NCBI GenBank assembly: GCA_949737515.1 | Contig: CATJCP010000201.1 | Location: 471-64,470, forward strand | Reading direction: 5' to 3' | DNA length: 64,000 bases | From: an uncultured Oscillospiraceae bacterium | GTDB taxonomy: Bacteria > Bacillota > Clostridia > Oscillospirales > Ruminococcaceae | In this document: positions 29,677 through 38,500 of the stretch, one piece after another | How the letters are laid out: each line of letters starts with the position of its first letter | Position numbering within the stretch: position 1 is the stretch's first letter | Program-made: the position numbers and the translations under genes | The notes under the pieces: generated by a model | The model's database searches: none | Seen by the model: only the letters and a program-made list of their open reading frames with translations | Told to the model about the DNA's origin: nothing

Positions 29677-30195
29677 ATGCTCTTTTTTTCTCTGAAGCTT
29701 GGAAAAAGGCAGAGGGGCGTCCTGTTGGCGGCACTGGGCGGCGCTGCAGTCATTCTGGCGGGATGGGGGATGCTGGGCGGTCCTAGGGATGGCCTCAGCC
29801 CTCAGGATAAGGCAGTTCCAGTGTCAGCGCAGGCTGTACAGCAGGGGGACGCATCCCACAATGAGGGAAGGCTGGCCTTTCTCCAGGGCCTGGGATATCA
29901 GACAGAGCAGGAACCGGAGGAGGTGGTGGATGTGTTGATTCCGGAAACCTTTGATACATCCTACGAAAACTACAATGCCCTCCAGAAGCAGCAGGGCTAT
30001 GACCTGGAGAAATACCGGGGGAAGAAGGTGAAGCGCTACCGGTACAAAATACTCAACTATCCAGGCAAAAACGTCTCTGCAGCCGCCACGATGCTGGTGT
30101 ACAAGGGGGAGATACTGGGAGGGGACGTGACAGTAGGCGGGGAGATATCCCAAGTGAGAGGGCTGGCGTTCCCAGAGGAGCCGCCGCAGTCATAG
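29677..30195 (+). CDS. DUF4830-like small membrane-anchored protein
   Basis: N-terminal TM, then YENYNALQKQQGYDLEKYRGKKVKRYRYKILNYPG, typical of DUF4830. Start ATG 29677 follows AAGGAGG. Confidence 0.65.
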   Translation: MLFFSLKLGKRQRGVLLAALGGAAVILAGWGMLGGPRDGLSPQDKAVPVSAQAVQQGDASHNEGRLAFLQGLGYQTEQEPEEVVDVLIPETFDTSYENYNALQKQQGYDLEKYRGKKVKRYRYKILNYPGKNVSAAATMLVYKGEILGGDVTVGGEISQVRGLAFPEEPPQS

Positions 30196-30199
30196 GGCC

Positions 30200-30236
30200 G
30201 GGGAGGGCTGCCAGCGGGCAGGCCCTCCCCTTTTCC
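30200..30236 (+). terminator. intrinsic terminator after the DUF4830-like gene
   Basis: GGGGAGGGC-N13-GCCCTCCCC followed by TTTTCC. Confidence 0.7.
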
Positions 30237-30368
30237 GCAGTGTGGAATTTTCTGCCCGGTATACCATTTTTCCCTGGTCTATGGTATACTGAAAGGCAAA
30301 AGAGGGCAGGCCGAAGGCAGCGGTTATAGGCCAGCGGCAAATCTCCGCCCGGCAAAGGAACGAGGCAA

Positions 30369-31127
30369 ATGGAACAGATCAGGCTCGACAAAGCCATATC
30401 CGTCCTTGGGGAGCACTCCCGGCGGGATGTGAAAAAGCTGGTCTCCCAGGGCCAGATCACTGTAAACGGCAGGGTTGCCAGAGGGGCGGAGGAAAAGATA
30501 GACCCCGAAAGGGACGAGGTGCGGATTTGCGGCAGAAAGGTGAGCCTGACCCCCCATGTTTACCTGATGCTCAACAAGCCCCAGGGGGTGGTCAGCGCCA
30601 CCCGGGATCCGTCGGAAAAAACGGTTGTGGACCTGGTTCCCAGAGAATTGTACCGCCGGGATATCTTCCCGGCAGGGCGGTTGGACAAGGACACCACGGG
30701 ATTTGTCCTTCTCACCAACGATGGGGCCTTGGCCCACCGAATTCTGTCCCCGAAAAACCACATTCCCAAAACCTACATAGCGGTTTTGGACCGCCCTGTT
30801 GACCAAAAGGCGGTGGAACTGTTCGCCGCCGGGATGGACCTGGGGGATGGAGAGATCTGCAGGCCGGCGCTGCTGGCAGAGGAACCCTCCTGGGAGGTGC
30901 AGCCAGCGGCAAGAATTGTCCTGCGGGAGGGACTTTATCATCAGATCAAGCGGATGTTTGCCAAAACGGACCGGAAAGTGCTGGCCCTGCGGCGGATCGC
31001 CATGGGCGGCGTGGCGCTGGATCCTGAACTGGCCCCCGGCTGCTGCCGGGAGCTGACAGCGGAGGAACGGGAGCTGCTGACAAGGGAGACGGCGGACTAC
31101 AGCACCTGCACCAGGGGGCTGGAATAA
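30369..31127 (+). CDS. pseudouridine synthase, RsuA/RluB family with S4 domain
   Basis: S4: RLDKAISVLGEHSRRDVKKLVSQGQITVNGRV. Catalytic loop AGRLDKDTTGFVLLTNDG. KTYIAVL and GLYHQIKRMF. Confidence 0.9.
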   Translation: MEQIRLDKAISVLGEHSRRDVKKLVSQGQITVNGRVARGAEEKIDPERDEVRICGRKVSLTPHVYLMLNKPQGVVSATRDPSEKTVVDLVPRELYRRDIFPAGRLDKDTTGFVLLTNDGALAHRILSPKNHIPKTYIAVLDRPVDQKAVELFAAGMDLGDGEICRPALLAEEPSWEVQPAARIVLREGLYHQIKRMFAKTDRKVLALRRIAMGGVALDPELAPGCCRELTAEERELLTRETADYSTCTRGLE

Positions 31128-32314
31128 TCGGTTCTTTGATTTCCGTTGCACTGTTCTGAAAAGACAAAGAGGCGGTCTCCCTTTTCTAGGGGAAAGGAGG
31201 ACAGGTCGATCTGCGCCGTCCCTTTCCCGGACAGCGGCAGAGCGATGTTGCCATAGTACTTTATAACTGTCCTGCCGCTGTCTGTGACGGCTGCGGAAAT
31301 GCGCTCGTTTGGAGACAGAGACGGCTCGTAAACCGGGGCGTTGAAATAAGGGACTTCCAGGATATTCCCCTTTCTCTCAGGGGATCCGGCGGAAAAGGTT
31401 TCCCGTCCTTTGTCCTTTAAGGTCAGCTTCCACCCCTGTATCTTTCTCTTGGACGCTTTGGAGACCGGTTTTAAGGCTGCGGGCCCCTGGGGGAGGGTTT
31501 TCTCCTTTCCCAGTCCCCCTTCTGCCCCGGAGGTAAGCAAGACTGTCTCCGGGTTCAGATTCAGGGCCGGCCGGGCATACATTTCCATAGAAGGGGTGGC
31601 CGGAGTATGGAGAAGGCCGCCGAAGTGGGTTAGGACAATTCCCACCTGGACTTTGCGGGCGGCCTGATCGTATCCCTCAAAGGAACGGGTCCACCATTCC
31701 AGCCCCGCTGTATAAACCTTTTTATCCTTAAATCCATATGCGTTGGTTTCCGCCTCTTCGTCGGAGAGGAAGAAAACCCTGTCGCCGTTTAAAATATCAG
31801 GGGCCGCCGGAACAGGCGGGATTGTGGGGTTGTAGGCGTCCCTTTTGGCGCGGTATTCCCCGTCGCTTTTAAAGGTGGACAGTATGGCGTCTTGCTCTGC
31901 CCTGTCAAAACAGGCCTCCTCAAAGTGTTGGCACCACTTTCTCGCGTCGCTGTTCTGCCAGACGGAGGCGGGTCTGTCCGGGCTCCAGCCGCCTTCCTCT
32001 GAGGCCAGGAAATGGATCAGAAAATTTCTCCTGATCTCCCCGCTCAGCTTATGGGTGCCCGGGACGCAGTTGGCCAGCAGGAACAGCGGACCTTCGCAGA
32101 GATTCCCCTCTCTGTCCCGGCAGGTTCCGCCGTTTCCCCCAGTGGAGAGGATTCTCCAGGGGATAGGAGGCCTGTCTGCGCTGTCCAGGGCGCCGAACCA
32201 CAGATAGGTATAGCCCCTCCACCTATCATAGCTAAAAAGGGGACTGGTCCCCAGCGCAATGGCGGGGACTTTTAGGGGCTTTTTCAATCTTTCCAGCATT
32301 CCCGGTATTGCCAT
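31097..32314 (-). CDS. DUF6273-like protein (function unknown)
   Basis: IPWRILS...LFLLAN...SVWQNSDARKWCQHFEEACFDRAEQDAI and RVFFLSDEEAE...EWWTRS...ARPALNLN follow the DUF6273-type pattern (WrVL / W..S.lR.WL / vFLLS.eE / WWLRS / RPAl.L). Its 3' end overlaps the convergent pseudouridine synthase gene by 31 nt. Confidence 0.6.
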   Translation of the reverse strand: MAIPGMLERLKKPLKVPAIALGTSPLFSYDRWRGYTYLWFGALDSADRPPIPWRILSTGGNGGTCRDREGNLCEGPLFLLANCVPGTHKLSGEIRRNFLIHFLASEEGGWSPDRPASVWQNSDARKWCQHFEEACFDRAEQDAILSTFKSDGEYRAKRDAYNPTIPPVPAAPDILNGDRVFFLSDEEAETNAYGFKDKKVYTAGLEWWTRSFEGYDQAARKVQVGIVLTHFGGLLHTPATPSMEMYARPALNLNPETVLLTSGAEGGLGKEKTLPQGPAALKPVSKASKRKIQGWKLTLKDKGRETFSAGSPERKGNILEVPYFNAPVYEPSLSPNERISAAVTDSGRTVIKYYGNIALPLSGKGTAQIDLSSFPLEKGDRLFVFSEQCNGNQRTDYSSPLVQVL

Positions 32315-32551
32315 TTCTGTATCCTCCCTCTGTTTCTGTACCGCGTTTTGACCGCTGCTTTATGCTGATTATAGCTGTTTTTTCCCTTGGCCTCAAGGGC
32401 TTTTTTTATGTCCAGTTCTGCAAAACGGCGAGTTGGAATGGTTTTCCCTCTTGAAAACCGGGCCTTAAACGTATAAACTAAAAGATAGCAAAAAAGGAAA
32501 CAGTCTCCCCGGACCATAAGGGATGTCTGGGGACAGAAGGGATAGAAGTGC

Positions 32552-35500
32552 ATGAAGAAAAATTGGAAGCTGTTCCTGCTGGCGTTTACCGCCGCAGCGT
32601 CCAGCCTGTGTCTGACGGTGAACGCCGTGGACGTGCCCAGCATCCTGTCATCCTCCTGCCTCTGCGAGCAGCTGTGTACCAGCGAGAGCATAGACGGAAG
32701 CTGTCCGGTCTGCCGGGAAAACTACCATGATTGTAAGGGGACCGTTCGGTCCCCTTCCGAGGCTGCCCCAGGGGAATCCTCCCAGGGCGGTTTGGTCATT
32801 TACAGCTTTGAAAGCCTTGCCCCGGATGTGGCGGTCCAGCAGTCAGAGGGTACAGACCTTTCCTCCCTGCGGTTCCCCGTTTCCCTGCGGGGAGAGATCC
32901 GGAACCAGGGGGGAGAGCTGGAATCGGTCATGATTGCCGTCACTTGGGAGCTGGACCCCTCCGGCGGTGCGGCGGCCTTTCAAGGGGATGTGCCGGGGGA
33001 GTATCGCTTTATCCCCCTGATCCCATCCCGCTATTCGGTGGCGGGGGGAGTAGCCCTTCCCAGGATTACCATCCAGGTGGGCGGCGGGACGGGGACGCCC
33101 TCTGCCAGCAGCACAGCCTCCAGCAGCAGCACAGCTGCTAACAATATAGCTGCTGGCGTTTCCTCTGGGCAGCCCTCCTCTCAGGGCAGTTCCACTCCTC
33201 AGGTTTCCCAGGCCTCCCAACCCCAGAGTTCCCAGACCAGCCAGCCCGACCGGCTATCTGGCAGCGGCCCTGTGGAATTCCGGTTTGAAAAGGAAGCCTA
33301 TGAGGCCATGAGGGGGGCTCCCACCTTGACTGCTGCCGTCACCGTCTCCGGCGGTGCCTCCCTTGGGGGATCGGCGGTGCTGTACCTGGACAATCAGGAA
33401 ATGGAGCGGAAAAATGTCACCGTGGCCGGGGCCTATCCTTTTACCGTGAAGGTGCAGGACCTTCTGCCGGGCAAGCACGTTCTCCGGGGGGAGTACATTC
33501 CCGCCGGGGAGCGGTCTGCCGCTGCCATTGTCACCGCGGAGCTGGAGATCAAAGGTGGGGCCTTTACGGTTCAGACTATGCCCTCTGCTGAAAACCTGAC
33601 CTATGGCCAGACCCTTTCAGAATCCGAAATCAGTCCCGGGACCGTGGTGGACAGCCTTGGGGCGGCGGTGAAGGGGGAATTCCAGTGGAAGGACCCGGAT
33701 TATATGCCCAAAACAGGCCCTTCTGAGGTCTATCCAGTGGTATTCCGCCCCGAAGACAGCTCTTCCGGGGAAACCATAGAGATGCAGGTCCAGGTGGGGG
33801 TGCGTCCCGCTGTCCTGACCGTTACAGAGGTATCCAGTTACGGACGGGTATATGACGGCTCCCGCCGTTTGATGCGCTGCACCATTGGCTTTGAGGGGCA
33901 GCCGGAGGATGCCCGCGACGACCGGGTGGTCATTGTGGGGGAGGTGCTTCTCGGCAGCCCTGTGGGCGGCGGAGCCTCTGGCGACGTGGGCCGGTACAGG
34001 GCTGTGGATCTCCAGAACCTATTTCTGGCGGGCATGAACTCGGAAAACTACACCCTGGAGGGCGTCGCCGCCCTGGAAGATGTTCCCCTAGAGAGGGAGA
34101 TTGAGATCACCCCTGCCAGGCTGACCGTTTCCGTTAGGGAGCCTGTTGTCATCACCATGGGGGACCCCATGCCGGAGCTGGCCCAGGAGGACCTTTCCAT
34201 TTTGGGGTTGGTGCCTGGGGAGACTGACTCTGAAATCGACTTTGAGGAGATGTCCACCTCCTGCACCCCGGAAAACAGCCGGGAGCCGGGCAGCGGTACC
34301 ATAAAGGCTGAAGGCTTGGAGGCGGATAACTACATCATTGATTATGTCCCCGGTGAGCTCATTATTGAGGAAATGGTCTTTGATGGACTTCCCTATGATG
34401 TGGAGGGGGAAAAGGGGGCCAACGGCTGGTATACAGGGGAGATCACCCTGACCCCTAATGACAGCGCGGGACGGTTTCAGTTTATCAGCGTCAACGGTGG
34501 CAGATCCTGGGACGATTCTGTAACAATTGACGAGGAGGGAATTCATGAGCTCTCCATTCTGATGGGCACTGCCGCAGGCCGGGACGGCGTTTCTGTGGAG
34601 GTACCCGCCTTTTCCTATAAATTGGATGAAGAGGCCCCTCAGTTGGGTCGCATGAAAACCAATTACAGCGAGGACTGGACCAATGAAGATGCGTCCTTTA
34701 CCCTCTCCTGTGAAAATACCCCCGCTTCCCCGGTGACATTTTATGTCCGGGTCAACGGTGGGGAATGGAGCCCTATTTCAGGGGATACCTACACCACTGC
34801 CAGCATTCAGACAGTGGAATTCAAGGCTGTTTCGGAGAGCGGGCAGGAGAGCCCCCCCTCCCAGGAATACGAAGTGAAAATCGACAAGGCGGGGGCGGGG
34901 AAGCCCTCCTTGACCGGCGCATCCCCAAACTGGACGGCGGAGGAGGCAATCCTGACTGTCAAAGCCCCTTCCCCCATGCCGGAGAGCGGCATCAGGGAAT
35001 TTTCCTATTCCACCAATGGGGGAAAGCGCTGGAGTGACCCTATTGAATGGGAGGAGGATGGAGAGAACCGCTTTATCATCGACGAGGATGGGGACTATAC
35101 CAACAACATTCTGGTGCGGATTGTCACCAATGTGGGCAGCGAGGGGGAGAGCGTCCCCTATACGGTGAAGCTGGACAGCTCCGAGCCGGAGTTTTCCGTC
35201 TCTGCCGTCTCAGACGGGAAGTCCTATGAAGAGGGGGAACCCTCAGAACAGCCCATCACCTTTACCATCACCCCGGAGGAGGGGGAGGATATTCCGTCGG
35301 GCGTGACCTATTTTTACAGCACAGACGATGGCGCGCAGTGGACCGCCCTGGCCGGGAATCAGCTGATGATCCACCCCACGCAGACAGTCCAGAGGACCGC
35401 CTATACCTTTAAGGCAGTGACCGGGGCGGGGGTGGAAAGTGAGGAGGAAACCTTCCGGGTGCTGCTCTACCGCCCTTCCTTTACCCCGACCAGGGCGTCG

Positions 35501-38500
35501 GGACCTGCCGGTGGATGGAGCCGGGAACAGGTGACCCTCGCCCCCTCCGGGGGATTGCCCGAGGATCAGCTGGAAAGCTATGAATACTGCGTCACTGAGA
35601 CGGACCAGAAACCTGGAGAGGACGCAGAGTGGGAGGCCTTCCAGCGGGAGCTCAATGTCTACCGGGAGATGGACGCCTATTTTTGGTTCCGGGCAGTTTC
35701 CCTCTGCGGGACCAGAGGAGGGGAATCCTCCAGCCCGGTCCATCTGCAGATTGACCGGACGGCTCCAGTGATCCGCAGGGAGTCGGTGGCGGATATCACC
35801 GAAAATGCCGCTGTTATTTCCCTGGAAAGCGGGGAGTCGGGAGAGGTTTATTACTTGTTGGAATCAGGGGGTTCCTCTGAAGATGGTCCGGAAGCAGAGG
35901 AGATTGCAGAGGGAACCTCCACGGGGAAGATAGACGGACAGGCTAGTTTCCCCATTATGGGGTTGGAATCCGGCGGGGAATACACCGTTTCCTTGGTGGT
36001 AAAGGACCGGGCGGGAAACCTTTCCCGTCCCGCGCAGCTGAGCTTTGTCACCAAGCCGCCCATGCCCCAAGGGGTGTTGACCGAAATCGACTACCAGGAG
36101 GAGACCATCCGTTTTTCCTCCCAGTATGAGCTCAACGACAGCCCGGACTTCCCCGATGCAGGGGAAATTGTCAGCGGAACCATTTCCGCCTATATCCCGG
36201 GGCCGGGAGAACCGGCGCGGACTCTTTACCTCCGCTCCAAGGCGGAGGGGGATCTCCCTGCCAGCGATCCCATGGAGGTGACCATTCCGCCCAGGCCGGA
36301 AAATACCGCGTCAGTGGAGATTGATTACTATGGGGAGACCGTATCCCTGGAGCCGGGGATGCTCTACTCCTTTGACGGGGAGGAATTTGAGGAGGCGGAT
36401 GGCCCTGTTTCCATTTCCGGCCGGATACCGGAGGAGGATGAGCGTGTGACCCTCTCCTACCGCATGGCCGCCACAGAAACACAGTTTGCCAGCGCCATAG
36501 AGGGAATAAATATTCCCGCCCGCCCCGCTGCGCCTCCTGCCCCTGCCTTAAAAGAGCAGGGCAAGGACTCCATCACGCTGGACGGAGCGGAAAACGGCGC
36601 CTATTACCGCTGCGACGGCGGCAGTTGGCAGAAGAGCATGGTATTCCAAGGACTGGCTCCTTCCACTGCCTATACCTTCGAGGCCTATATTCCGGCCACA
36701 GAGCAAAACTTTTCCTCCCGGGAGAGCCAGTCCAGCGAATTCGCCACCCTGTTCGCCCTGCCGGAGGAGGACGCGGCGGCCATCAGCTTTGAGGATGAGA
36801 CCATTACCTACGACGGCCAGAAATACGAGGTCAGCCTGGACGAGTCCTTTGAGGATATCATTCGGGACGGCGGCTCTATTTCCGAATATATCCCTGCGGC
36901 GGGCAGCGGGGAGGGGACCTTATATATCCGCGCCAGAGGGGACCGGGAGACGTCTCCCAGCGAGGGGGAGGCCTTTTCCCTTCCGGCCCGTCCGGAGCCG
37001 CCGGTGATCCGGGCGGCGGCAGGGCTTTACAACATTATGGCAGTCTACGGAGATAACCAGGAGTTTTATCTCGCCGAGGCCGGAGACAGCGAGGACATCG
37101 ACTGGGATGAAGTCCGCTGGCAGGATTCCGGCAGCTTCCGGGGACTGGAAGCTGGGACGGAGTATGTCCTCTATGCTCAGGTGGCCTCTGGGGAAAACAG
37201 CTTCCGCTCCGAAAGGGTCCAGGCCCGAGTGAAGACCCTTGCCTCGGTCGCAGTACAGACCGGTGGGGAGGGGGAGGGCCAGGGAACCGCCTCTGTATTG
37301 GTCAACGGCACGCCCCTTTACGCCGCCGAGCCGGGAGACGTCCTGGAATGGCGGGCAGAGGGCAGCAGCGAGTATACCCCTTCCCTGTCTGTGGAGGGGA
37401 CCGCTGGGGAGATTTCCGGGCCGTACCGGGAGGGGGATGCTTGGATCTGGCGCTCCACTGTCTCGGATGAGGATCAGGAGATCGAAGGGACGGTGGACTT
37501 TGGCCAGAGGAAGCTTGTCTCGATACAGCCGACCGTAAAGACCGTATCGCTCACTGCCGGTTCCCAGGCCAATGAGAGCGTCAGTGCCATACAGGACCAC
37601 CTGGAGGGAACGGTGCCGGTGCAGGCCCTTTACGACAATGGGGCTTGGGAGGAGATGTACCTCCCCTATATCCTTTCGGAGGACTCCGAAGACTGGGAGC
37701 CAAAGGGCGGAGAGTACCTGTTTTCCGCCCAGTCGGAGGAGGACGGGGATATCTCCTGCGATGTGAAGGTGATCGTCCATCCGACAGTGGCTGCAGTGGA
37801 CGCGGGCGGGGACATCTTCCTCCCTGTCAGTCCAGAGGGATATTCCCTCTCTGATATCCCCCTGCCGGAGACAGCCAGAATCCGCTATTCCTCTGGAGAA
37901 GAGGAAGATCTGGATATCCAGTGGGACCGTCCCGCTGTCCCCGGCGGCTTTGGAACCCGGGAGGGAAGACTTTCCTTTATTGGGGAAATAGAGCTGCCGG
38001 AATGGGCTGTGGGGGAGGCTGAGGTCTCCGTCACCGTTGCGGCGGTGGAGCAGGAGGACATCAGCCAATTCCTTACCCTGTCCATAGAGGGGTGGGAGTA
38101 CGGCGAACCGGCCAAGGCGCCCAAGGCAGAGGCGGAACAGGGAGTTTCCCTAAATGACACCGCCTTTACATACACATACAGCGGCATTGCCCTGGACGGG
38201 AGTCCTCTGGAGGATTCGGAGGAGCCCCCGGAGAAGGCGGGGGTCTATACCCTTCGGGCAGTCTATCAGGACGCGGAGCAGGCGGGTTCCGTCACAGCGC
38301 CTTTGGAGATAAAGGCCGCGCCCCTGACCGTGGCGTCGGCGGAGCTGCCTGTCAAGGCCTATGATGGGCAGTCCGGCGCGGAAATTTCCTCTATTGCCCT
38401 GGATGGGGCGAAAAACGGGGATGACCTTGTACTCGGAAGGGACTTTGAGGCAGCGGGAATCTTCTTTGAGGATGGACAGGTGGGCTCCGCCAAGGCCGCA

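Noticed and set aside
30324-31151. 275-aa minus-strand ORF antisense to the pseudouridine synthase gene
   Set aside because: The plus strand carries the S4 and RsuA catalytic motifs. The antisense product is low-complexity.
33080-33250. Ser/Thr/Gln-rich low-complexity DNA in the giant gene, and the protein-module repeats, considered as a possible CRISPR or tandem DNA repeat array
   Set aside because: There are no regularly spaced identical DNA repeats with unique spacers. The similarity exists only at the protein level. No CRISPR array was seen anywhere in the window.
36920-38068. 382-aa antisense ORF (and several 60-170-aa ORFs) inside the giant surface-protein gene
   Set aside because: These are composition artefacts; the sense frame stays open for 7.8 kb with coherent domain-like content.
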